DNA from: Candidatus Omnitrophota bacterium
Lineage (GTDB): Bacteria; Omnitrophota; Gorgyraeia; Zapsychrales; Zapsychraceae
Assembly: GCA_021108075.1 (NCBI GenBank)
Contig: JAIORP010000012.1
Span: forward strand, 6,539-70,538
Reading direction: 5' to 3'
DNA length: 64,000 nucleotides
Both the position numbers and the translations under genes were made by a program. The notes under the pieces were generated by a model. That model made no database searches and was not told the DNA's origin. It saw nothing but the letters and a program-made list of their open reading frames with translations. This document shows positions 29,701 through 35,366 of this stretch, in pieces. Every line of letters starts with the position of its first letter. The first letter of the stretch is position 1.

Positions 29701-30313
29701 CCGATCCTTTGTTCAATTTAGCGCGGAGGGGGCATTGGAAGCATACTCTGCAGAGGAGTTGATCTATGACATCAAAGATAAGATAGGCAAAATAACGACT
29801 AATATTTTTTCCTGGTGGGATATGCTGTCATCAGACGGTGATCTCCCAAGGGAACAATTTTTGTTTATGCTGGATCAGTTTGAATATGCGAGTGAGGCAT
29901 TCCATCAGTACCGTTCTTATCTGGGACACATTCTTCAACCAATTCGTATTCTGGATGAAGATATCGTTGACAACCAAGAAGAACAAAGCCACCCACGGCA
30001 AAGCTATGATCAATTTTTACTGCCCTACCGTGATGCGTTGATCGCGCGTGATACCGCAGTCCAGGACGCTGCCATGCTGGGCAGAGAGCAAAGTGACAAT
30101 GTCGGTGGTATCGATCTTAATCCCGCCAATTTGAATCTGCGCATCAAGCGTGACGGGGATGGTCAGCCGTTGCCGTTTGATGCCCAACCGATCGATAGTA
30201 TTAACATTGAAGGACTGGTCCCTGTGATCATTAATGTTACACCGATCATAAACCTGCCGCTATTGCTTGGAGCGGCTGAGCCGGGTGAAGTCGATCAGGT
30301 CCTATCCCTTTAA
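17711..30313 (+). CDS. Giant (~4,200 aa) secreted or membrane-associated multidomain protein
   Basis: Uninterrupted 12.6-kb ORF with an N-terminal signal peptide. Domains by motif: PRK/uridine-kinase-like P-loop (GISGLPGGGKT...YDPVTG), HAD (LTDLDGTA...GDDIDD), HIT/GalT-like (HFLVIPERD, INQLHMQ), hydrophobic hairpin, class-I MTase-like (ILVFATGSGAL), GNAT-like (QGEGYLYDL), Nudix box (GGHRSDEDADIEAAALREGNEEAGG) and tandem ~230-aa repeats. The C-terminal ~75 aa are shared with the ORF at 47473. Confidence 0.8.
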   Translation: MPSKSMSYKLFCLFLILALGVHMIMPATGFAQGMISLPIPGEMVRVSPVFDPMMIRGVMVSPDNPFELKFLMDSGDAILADEALKKEGQGLIKYFLATLTTPDEDLWVNLSPYENDRIMANEFGQTEMGRDMLAQDYLLKQLTASLMYPEEELGRRFWERVYEEAYKRFRTTNILVNTFNKVWIIPEYADVYEKDGVAYILDCRLKVMLEEDYIASQQVLGNAAWARKLGVADLTEEDKANLFASQSDPLKAILKEIIVPEIEREVNEGRNFGQLRQIFYSMILATWYKERLKNSILNHVYSNQKKINGIDVEDKDIKEKIYQQYITAFKRGVYNYIKEQYDPQKGEVIPRKYFSGGATWINIKDVTRYHKELPSNFDKVPRSDFAMLTRLDDSAQAAPRAMDAAMLDTSGRQRARQDAFEKLVRDRFEFDNVIASFNDLLKGANLKVYPSRADLYQYEGGLDTGSYFFTKLVGYGLDAQRKYIALRRLIEQDQFLDFISGEATFSRGDLLRILKNKELDDELDLILKDQDSYDDFISMLADRDYMDILFSHTGTAEIYIENNKLVAQLPNTQLVDVLGFISFSPEDRNIEFLLSENSMAQFLFDIRRQVLPLLVEAAQEYGWGFRSPLEVELSDAVRPIANVISRVREQELERFLGQDTFSRRVEDLEHGAFQNLKDLFQERKQQGQPVMIGISGLPGGGKTQKDKRVAAAIAEVVKEDIVIIDEDRFIKQRAPVDTRGEGLGGKFDWSAHDQSLKDLREGRSVMAQMYDPVTGGNPMLALTEAGNIIILNGNRTITIVADKDQNLFDLIEEEHQPGQPAQVIRHHFKTENLTQSGPFTSGSTVYQFKIENGKLMVGFQGYDVLRLEEQNAPRNILAMTQYEIDLTREDLVARIQLSGEHKHLEAQSVFPLNVVSDRMDVNAVSRAILLKEVIPTDKPIVFSGTHAYTQYKDNKFVSNDQIFDVSLYYQTPWIVRWTRDWLRSQERGKQRGEQLGNAARFYDRLNVEETISLQTKPQVVRDIKIMGVTEAIAYLLHASPEKLFVHEAYLRQLGLDLNTIREWQREYLVKPELLSLFNEFREKTEFVRTYDGHDEYSIGDFIFNVKSGQSALSQAEILHHDRLQDRLRGIWGGSTIIHLDQLGDVVVDGDKKRFGYVSVWNKGELVGERLKALAQRTDPDSLTEAQILIDQFVEQEQQLHLRGVVDKNPDIMTNRRILPMDNQMKVMVASPAAQLTIWENALSVYQSRYASRRADENIYLSPQILQSIPEAFRPYYEQKVTEQLLPSAGQTKEDAFQQFYNNVFELALHVADRSPFGDLIKFGLVRNEQAHLIVENLKNTDVEHPALFERRLNHIRFIFTRALIDQTRRDYFDYVNTSKGNPLLAWTMLFVDSYPEVYNKFNLLIKIFLNELMENAGLLQSFPSNEELWQYISARYQETYSVRGLATPGLSAYVRRSFEYFIDIARQMPLSWDLIQERPAVTGDLASDPYEFSLTSYANETQGYPDMMGVQVLDEREFGRLRTYMDQPRKAVLTDLDGTATLVDQKSGRVSESVKESHKANIQRFAELVTDGVLVVPTTNRRESKAVAYAEEIDQVIQQTPGYRYRQDSRTGGSFLLFWASGMNGMDVGQNKLLDDFQLKFNPQQQEEVVQSLLKDQVIASRATRHVEILDGKINVYYSGGTRVSRAGFLDAIRGVLDGLNTLVRQDGFAPKGEYSLLRVVDGGENVISILPQDANKARPKNYIQNRYAISEDETLILVDQPQQGRADNDLVRLSGIHVGDDIDDLPEGVISTKKAIGLVGPQAVQWLLTNTEFSSPFIEEETFRSILAKNIPPTRNVVIEKVGNLRLVRTPWRKRRVNPTTPFSAVVLPFDPGLFNFRNENIDESDIFFEGIIEGQETTLLLQKSPFAPDHFLVIPERDLERPQVLQPKDIAFGARFVRSQALPHLRLGFTSLKGGASINQLHMQAFTTIEDLSALELVPKKEEYRIQGVSVNVLETMEDYHYNGLMFHSENIEDLSVVVYRYIEILNRFDIPYTVNWTQVGVYVMPVRSSVGIQGRLGFYEHMGFVISKDVSESREQAVAKYADEMQSASLNDADFILTHQFTFSTEEIEAASLRELSSRLNEGTDRPSDAAMLGGRDDRNEERLNLEALEKINLQAYGPGGRHGLIDLEKSYNDSRVFMSYIFGLAGAGMVGLPTALMTQDIYSSATGALVGAGVAIATYVKLFPQSKYKNIEEGIQALEKARTQEEIQSARGLFIDGMAGTDSVLLHRLGLTGLETSEKLFAKMMGAEQTELVLPSDIQPIQADQIRQLEINMGLAGLADLLKIVVHEKFAYFSVVPSIPTDEQRKSLRAAISDPDVIRRLFKNVSDDSNTIERLQERVWHGIFDLLYRQDGDSIFSPEYLELYRDNEIFMEQGVLRELANDQERSQEDYLVDAVKSEIKADKQYKILVFATGSGALINNLLQQISNIGEIVEYDRSATSNETADRKRRELLPPDLYNKVRQITADVRDFKSELNGEEFDFIISTASLRLMSSEARESILEFLQEKAGLRKGGSFIYMDTREHSEIMGQAVDQMRTSGFNVSVDDKFFAGHRDAMFYIFVHQYRKNQIFRNFIDQLMSLKRKDNLYNFLYEMAGHRRIKFELLKATQTSESLRKKNFESMVNRFSDATKQMFGSVFEDARVTVQKGPSSRITIRLFEKDPDVDYLDSYDISVDTALGQVYAVTLYDGRSIGKNTLIVGRAVLQDPTVDRVILTQHVLSSKYGYDEALKELKSVLSEILPEGMLNFDESETLDRLATHAAGLTKSDMSEAINAIPVDAENYEDMIIEAFRSYSRTVYPSQERLPFRGAAKIFRENASMAMRLAGEEGYSSISGLVSLPDGFQNLALYQRLGFNPIIPEGRSDYFGQVQAALTDKSAGATLKEKAWYLSQRLEQLILLVQKDIPDQDAAMLGKINRYQLKNGATVLGPLSEDAFNQMAGEDAFFLVRDKEKGVYAQKTTPEEQGYSVVATEFSEIETIFKDAGVDMVTHILSTLWENPDREVVVLADGVGRGVELQGLVEKLKKEVEAFGLDISKIKIYGLSDMYFQDWQDADPMINFILDDRENLPDYFSRRQIDVMMSYKGISHIGQQAEYINHMRMMKPHFKYNALIVHDFYFGNLDAVESMLERNGFSVKRERLPGMTELFVLRPVDFNKDAPADVSENTNREVKTVPYQQAEFFELTPDYKLAGTYTTRKGEEFNIYFKDNDFVLMNVEGQFIGKVVFDFTEEGVAEIDLVRVSEYVQGEGYLYDLIDAISFYLGQLGAESIVVTEIYNPFLSYVLTKEYGFHPEIKEGDERKQLIIGSREPGERLPVYLSGEGAKKVFSPGSGYDVLLEKLDILDTPPDDGVVSYVFVDYVKDVNNARYQQQISSVKNRMAIDGEILEQRKNEYQTKFQRRGTDDMSEDHRDQAMLITYTEKEWQQIDQTYQILQQLAQVVDTQMEQSGMVEIFDVFRQWLNQGPRDALAQIELIEDPQEQQEAYQKLSAALSRFVHEFETTYDHVSKRWGQEIAGVNGRSFVQFDTDGKVLSYPWFDLTYDLNDKLDKLATFILGWGKLLVTDGAVAKDNFLLLVNKLESTYRIWDGYRQYLRHVADPLSIQDSQIADNQEERTQPRLGYDEFLLPYRNALLARDADQDTLEQPREEYVALVDAQGNFLRAVPRSERKNKAPDEFTQGAVIIVVDEDGNVLMQQRSEGKMEGHETFGPMDWTIGGHRSDEDADIEAAALREGNEEAGGIINFKKSNLVQIDQRPVNPDTDGRWVRSTFIYVVSATEKNNIQEQMIEGWQGNDEVDGWEWWGQDDFTTEAKTSQKWSTVIDLLRDIPDFPAMVETAVVGVTQRRRDSTVRDGAALTTYTEKEWQQIDRTYQTLQEIALSVQGKLQETGMTTLFLRIDQFLVQEDPRLMFEQLQDLPSKEAQDRVYAVINTAMQGYALNIKTMYQENISEIDAQLARIKGRSFVQFSAEGALEAYSAEELIYDIKDKIGKITTNIFSWWDMLSSDGDLPREQFLFMLDQFEYASEAFHQYRSYLGHILQPIRILDEDIVDNQEEQSHPRQSYDQFLLPYRDALIARDTAVQDAAMLGREQSDNVGGIDLNPANLNLRIKRDGDGQPLPFDAQPIDSINIEGLVPVIINVTPIINLPLLLGAAEPGEVDQVLSL

Positions 30314-30503
30314 CACAACGCAGGGGTGTAGCATGCCAAGTCCTGACAGAAAACATTTTTGTTACACTCCGTCTCTGTTTCTTCCCACAAGAAATTTTTC
30401 TTGAAAAGAAATAATTAATAGTTATAATTTATTTAATTATATTATTACTAATAATTAGTGTTCTTTTCAAATTTTTTTTTCTACATGGAATTATTTAAAA
30501 TTA

Positions 30504-30557
30504 CGCGGGGTTTATTGTAAGTGCGTAACATGCGCATCCCCTACAATAAACCCCGCG
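30504..30557 (+). other. Long perfect hairpin (16-bp stem, 22-nt loop) between the giant ORF and hoxF
   Basis: CGCGGGGTTTATTGTA...TACAATAAACCCCGCG; a second short hairpin GGGTGTGTGCACCC follows at 30568..30581; no U-tract follows the hairpin. Confidence 0.5.
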
Positions 30558-30624
30558 ATGATCCTACGGGTGTGTGCACCCAAAGAATTAAATCCGTTTA
30601 ATTTCAATATCAAAGGTGAAGTCT

Positions 30625-32442
30625 ATGAGTGTAGAATTCAAGCAGACGATCAAAGAAATCTGTGAAGCCTGTGGTAACGACCGTTCCCTGATGATGGACG
30701 TTGTTATTGCGACGCAAAAGCGTTTTGGCTGTGTTTCCAATGAGGCGATGGATCTTATTGCTGAGAATATGAACGCCCATCGCGTCGAAGTAGAAGGCGT
30801 TGTTTCCTTCTATTCCTTCCTGTCGCCTGACCCCAAAGGTCAAGTCGTCATCCGGTTATGTAATGATGTTGTTGATCAAATGCAAGGCGTTCAAGCCGTT
30901 GCCGAGGCCTTCAAAAAAGAACTCGGCATTGATTTCGGCCAAACCACTCCGGACGGAAAAATTACCCTCGAATGGACTCCCTGTATCGGGATGTGCGATC
31001 AAGCCCCGGCCGCTCTCATCAATGATATGGTTTTTACCTATCTCTCCACAGATAAAGTCCGTGAAATTACGGATGAATTAAAAAAACATGGGGACCCGGA
31101 ACAGATTCCTATTCGCTATGGTGACGGGAATAACGCCCATGATCTGGTCAAATCCATGGTGAATAATGGACTGAGAAAAAAAGGCGCGGTTATCTTTGGC
31201 CAGCATGAAGCCGAAAAGGGTGTAAAGAATGCGCTGTCTATGAGTGCTGTTGAGGTCATTCGGGAAGTGAAGAACGCCCGTTTACGCGGTCGGGGAGGAG
31301 CCGGTTTTCCAACAGGGATGAAATGGGAATTCACCCGCGCGGCTGATGGCGATAAAAAGTATATCCTCTGTAATGCGGACGAAGGGGAGCCGGGCACATT
31401 TAAAGACCGTGTTATCCTCACGGAACGCGCGGATTTGCTTTTTGAAGGTATGACAATCGGCGGTTACGCGGTCGGATCAGATGAAGGAATTTTGTATTTG
31501 AGAGCTGAATATGCCTACTTACGCGCTTTCCTGGAAAATGTTTTGAAGGAAAGACGAGATAGGGGTCTTTTAGGAAAGAACGCTTGTGGTAAAGACGGTT
31601 TTGATTTTGACATCCGCATTCAGATGGGTGCGGGGGCCTATATATGCGGGGAAGAAACAGCCTTGATCAGTTCCTGTGAAGGCCTTAGAGGTGATCCGAA
31701 GAACCGGCCGCCTTTTCCCGCGCAAAAAGGTTATAAGGAGTGTCCGACATCGGTGAATAATGTTGAAACGTTCTGTGCTGTCGCCCGTATTTTGGATAAA
31801 GGGGCGGCCTGGTTTTCTGAAGTCGGTTCTCAGGGAAGCCCGAGCACGAAGTTGCTCAGTGTGTCCGGTGACTGCACGAATCCCGGCGTTTATGAATTTC
31901 CATTCGGGATGAGGGTCGATGATTTATTAAAAAAAGTTGGGGCGCAGGATGTCCAGGCTGTTTTGATTGGTGGTCCGTCTGGACAGCTGATCGGTTCAGC
32001 TGATTTTGAGAGAACGATTTGTTACGACGATTTGGCCACGGGCGGTTCGGTTATCGTTTTTAATTCCAAACGGAATATTCTTGAGATCGTTGGCCAGTAT
32101 ATGGACTTTTTCGTCGAAGAAAGTTGTGGATACTGCACGCCTTGCCGGGTGGGTAATGTTTTGCTCAGGAACGGTATTGAGAAAATTATTCATGGGCAGG
32201 GGGAAAAAGCAGACCTCGATTACCTTCAGGAATTGGGGGAAACCGTTAAATTGGCCAGCCGTTGTGGATTGGGGCAGACATCACCGAACCCTGTCTTAAC
32301 AAGCCTGAAAAATTTTAGAGCTGTTTACGAAGCCGTTTTGATTGAACCAACTGACGGACAGCAACCTTCGTTTGATATTAAAGCTGCCTTAAGCGTTTCA
32401 GAAGACTTAACAGGTCGTAAATCTGAGATATATAAAGATTAA
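30625..32442 (+). CDS. hoxF: NAD(P)-linked [NiFe]-hydrogenase diaphorase subunit HoxF (NuoE-NuoF fusion)
   Basis: N-terminal NuoE-like 2Fe-2S motifs (CNDVVDQ...CIGMCDQAPAALIND), then GRGGAGFPTGMKWEF, LCNADEGEPGTFKDR, EESCGYCTPCRVGN; AAAGGTGA RBS before ATG 30625. Confidence 0.88.
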   Translation: MSVEFKQTIKEICEACGNDRSLMMDVVIATQKRFGCVSNEAMDLIAENMNAHRVEVEGVVSFYSFLSPDPKGQVVIRLCNDVVDQMQGVQAVAEAFKKELGIDFGQTTPDGKITLEWTPCIGMCDQAPAALINDMVFTYLSTDKVREITDELKKHGDPEQIPIRYGDGNNAHDLVKSMVNNGLRKKGAVIFGQHEAEKGVKNALSMSAVEVIREVKNARLRGRGGAGFPTGMKWEFTRAADGDKKYILCNADEGEPGTFKDRVILTERADLLFEGMTIGGYAVGSDEGILYLRAEYAYLRAFLENVLKERRDRGLLGKNACGKDGFDFDIRIQMGAGAYICGEETALISSCEGLRGDPKNRPPFPAQKGYKECPTSVNNVETFCAVARILDKGAAWFSEVGSQGSPSTKLLSVSGDCTNPGVYEFPFGMRVDDLLKKVGAQDVQAVLIGGPSGQLIGSADFERTICYDDLATGGSVIVFNSKRNILEIVGQYMDFFVEESCGYCTPCRVGNVLLRNGIEKIIHGQGEKADLDYLQELGETVKLASRCGLGQTSPNPVLTSLKNFRAVYEAVLIEPTDGQQPSFDIKAALSVSEDLTGRKSEIYKD

Positions 32443-32467
32443 ATCATTGATAACATAAGGACGATTT

Positions 32468-33187
32468 ATGAGTGAAAAAACGATAACATTTACTATTGAT
32501 GGTGTTGAAGTCAAGGGGGCACCCGGTCAAACTATTCTTGATGCGGCTGATGCCGCGGGTATTTATATTCCCCGTCTGTGTCACTTCAAAGGCCTGAATC
32601 CGCACGGAAGTTGCCGCGTGTGTACCGTCATTGTGAACGGCCGGCCGCAAGCCGCCTGCACGCAACCCATCGCCGAAGGAACGACAGTTGAAAATGATAC
32701 GGAAGATATAAAGAAACACCGCAGCAACATCGTTGATATGATGTTTGTGGAGGGGAATCATTTTTGCATGTTCTGTGAAAAGAGCGGCAATTGTGAACTG
32801 CAGGCCCTTGCCTATCGTTTAGGTATCTGTGCCCCGAAATATCCGTTTCAATTCCCTGACTGCACGCTCGACGCGTCTCATCCGGATATCTTTATTGACC
32901 GCAATCGTTGTATATTATGTGGCCGCTGTGTTCAGGCGTCGAAAGATCTTGATGGGAAGTGTGTTTTTGAATTTGTCGGACGCGGCGCGGAAAAGAAAAT
33001 TGCTGTTAACGCCGAGGCGAAGTTATCTGACACGAATGTTGATGTGACGGATAGAGCGGTTAATATCTGTCCGGTTGGTGCCATTTTGAAGAAGCGTGAA
33101 GGCTTTAAAATTCCTATTGGGGAACGGATGTATGATGCTCAACCGATTGGTTCTGACATAGAGTCTGATACCAAATCCATTAAGTAA
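32468..33187 (+). CDS. hoxU: Hydrogenase diaphorase Fe-S subunit HoxU
   Basis: 2Fe-2S N-terminal domain (CHFKGLNPHGSCRVC), HFCMFCEKSGNCELQ and CILCGRCVQAS cluster motifs; ~239 aa. Confidence 0.82.
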   Translation: MSEKTITFTIDGVEVKGAPGQTILDAADAAGIYIPRLCHFKGLNPHGSCRVCTVIVNGRPQAACTQPIAEGTTVENDTEDIKKHRSNIVDMMFVEGNHFCMFCEKSGNCELQALAYRLGICAPKYPFQFPDCTLDASHPDIFIDRNRCILCGRCVQASKDLDGKCVFEFVGRGAEKKIAVNAEAKLSDTNVDVTDRAVNICPVGAILKKREGFKIPIGERMYDAQPIGSDIESDTKSIK

Positions 33188-33308
33188 TTGTTCTATTTTA
33201 ATTCTGATATTTTTGCCTTAGAGTCGAGGAAATCAGAACCGGTTTTGGTAATGATACCAATGATTGAATTTGGTCTCGTTATTCGTACTATTATTTAATG
33301 GAATGGGT
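33168..33308 (-). repeat. MITE-like element, copy c (reverse orientation, composite); left TIR overlaps the last codons and stop of hoxU
   Basis: GATACCAAATCCATTAAGTAATTGTTCTATTTTAATTCTGATATTTTTGCCTTAGAGTCGAG...ATTATTTAATGGAATGGGTCT matches the reverse complement of copy b. An extra partial TIR pair sits at 33250..33280. Confidence 0.65.
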
Positions 33309-33354
33309 CTAAATAACAATTTATATTAATTTATTTGGGAAAAGGTAAAGAATT

Positions 33355-33900
33355 ATGGAAAAACCAAAAATTGCTACTGCTTCGCTCGCGGGTTGTTTTG
33401 GCTGTCATATGTCTTTATTGGATATTGATGACCGCATCCTGAAACTTTTTGAGCTCGTTCAATTTGATAAATCCCCTATTGATGATATTAAGAAGTTTAC
33501 GGGCCAGTGCGCTATAGGCCTGATTGAGGGGGGATGTTGCAATGAAGAAAATGTTCATAACCTGCAGAATTTTCGTAAGCATTGTGGCATCCTGATCTCT
33601 GTCGGTGACTGCGCGATCAATGGCGGGATTCCAGCGATGCGCAATAACATTCCTTTAAAAGAATGCTTTGACGAGGCCTACAGGGATGGACCTTCGGTTT
33701 ATAATCCTGAAGGTATTATTCCGAATGACAAAGAAATCCCTCTTCTGTTAGATAAGGTTTATCCTTGCCATCATGTGGTTAAAGTTGATTATTATTTGCC
33801 AGGTTGTCCACCGCCTGCTGATACACTGTGGGAAGCGCTTGTGGCCTTGTTAAGCAATAAGCCGCTTGATTTACCTTATGAGTTAATAAAGTATGATTAA
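33355..33900 (+). CDS. hoxY: [NiFe]-hydrogenase small subunit HoxY
   Basis: CFGCHMS proximal-cluster cysteines, GGCCNEE, LPGCPP; ~181 aa as in bidirectional hydrogenase small subunits. Confidence 0.8.
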   Translation: MEKPKIATASLAGCFGCHMSLLDIDDRILKLFELVQFDKSPIDDIKKFTGQCAIGLIEGGCCNEENVHNLQNFRKHCGILISVGDCAINGGIPAMRNNIPLKECFDEAYRDGPSVYNPEGIIPNDKEIPLLLDKVYPCHHVVKVDYYLPGCPPPADTLWEALVALLSNKPLDLPYELIKYD

Positions 33901-33923
33901 TTTTTTAATGTGGAGATAAAGCC

Positions 33924-35366
33924 GTGAGCGATCAAAATTTAAAAAGAGTTATCATTGAGCCCGTCACTCGTGTTGAGGGGCATGGCAAAGTGTCGATCCT
34001 TTTGGATCAAGATAACAAAGTTAAACAGGCTCGGCTGCATATTGTCGAGTTCCGGGGCTTTGAACGTTTTATTCAAGGCCGACCTTATTGGGAAGTTCCC
34101 GTCCTGGTTCAACGTTTATGCGGTATCTGTCCGGTGAGTCATCATCTGGCGGCCGCTAAGGCCATGGACTGGATTGTGGGCGGAGAGAATCTGACTCCCA
34201 CCGCCGAGAAGATGCGCCGTTTGATGCATTACGGTCAGACGTTTCAATCCCATGCCTTACATTTTTTCCATCTCTGTTCACCTGATCTATTGTTTGGTTT
34301 TGACGCTGATCCATCCATCCGCAACGTGATCGGTGTCGCCCGGAAATATCCTGATTTGGCTGTGCAAGGGGTGATGATGCGCAAATATGGTCAGGAAATC
34401 ATTAAAGCCACCGCAGGGAAAAAGATCCATGGCACGGGCGCGATCCCCGGCGGGGTCAATAAGAATTTGTCCATTGAAGAACGGGATGTCTTTCTGAAAG
34501 ATATTGACCAGATGCTGGAATGGGGCAGAGGCGCTTTAAAAATCGCCAGAGATTACACGATTGAAAATTTGGATAAGGTGAAGGATTTTGGATCCTTTGA
34601 GTCGAACCATGCCGGTCTGGTCCGCAAAGATGGCTGCCTTGATTTGTATGACGGTTATTTGCGGGCTGTTGACTCCCAGGGCAATCGGATATTGGATGAC
34701 ATGGACCCTCAAAAATATACCGAGTTTATTCAAGAAGGTGTGAAGTCCTGGACATACATGAAATTCCCATTCTTGAAATCGATTGGGCCTGAAGATGGAT
34801 GGTATCGTGTCGGTCCGTTATCGCGTATCAATGTGTGTGATTTCATTGACACACCGGAAGCCGAAGCCGCCCGTAAAGAGTTTAAGGCCATTACAGATGA
34901 TAAACCGAATCATATCACGATGGCGTATCATTGGACGCGCATGATTGAGGTCCTGCACTCGATCGAAAAAATTAATGAATTGTTGCACGACACTGACCTG
35001 CAGGGGACTGATCTGGTTGTTAAAGGCCAGAGAAGAGAAGAGGCGGCCTCGATCCTTGAAGCGCCACGCGGATCCCTGTTCCATCATTATAAGGTCGATG
35101 AAAATGATCAAGTTGTGATGGCGAACCTGATTGTCTCGACGACAAATAACAATGAACCTATGAACCGCGCGGTGACAAAGGTCGCGGAAGATTATCTCAG
35201 CGGTCAGGCCGAGATCACGGAAGGTTTATTGAATCATATTGAAGTGGCTATCCGCGCCTATGATCCGTGTTTGTCTTGTGCGACGCATGCGATGGGTAAG
35301 ATGCCTTTGATTGTGAGCCTGTTTGATCATGAGGGTCAGTTGCTTGATAAGAAAGTTAAGGAATGA
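33924..35366 (+). CDS. hoxH: [NiFe]-hydrogenase large subunit HoxH
   Basis: N-terminal RVEGHG...RLCGICPVSHHLA (L1 Ni-binding) and C-terminal DPCLSCATHAMG (L2); 480 aa. Confidence 0.9.
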   Translation: MSDQNLKRVIIEPVTRVEGHGKVSILLDQDNKVKQARLHIVEFRGFERFIQGRPYWEVPVLVQRLCGICPVSHHLAAAKAMDWIVGGENLTPTAEKMRRLMHYGQTFQSHALHFFHLCSPDLLFGFDADPSIRNVIGVARKYPDLAVQGVMMRKYGQEIIKATAGKKIHGTGAIPGGVNKNLSIEERDVFLKDIDQMLEWGRGALKIARDYTIENLDKVKDFGSFESNHAGLVRKDGCLDLYDGYLRAVDSQGNRILDDMDPQKYTEFIQEGVKSWTYMKFPFLKSIGPEDGWYRVGPLSRINVCDFIDTPEAEAARKEFKAITDDKPNHITMAYHWTRMIEVLHSIEKINELLHDTDLQGTDLVVKGQRREEAASILEAPRGSLFHHYKVDENDQVVMANLIVSTTNNNEPMNRAVTKVAEDYLSGQAEITEGLLNHIEVAIRAYDPCLSCATHAMGKMPLIVSLFDHEGQLLDKKVKE

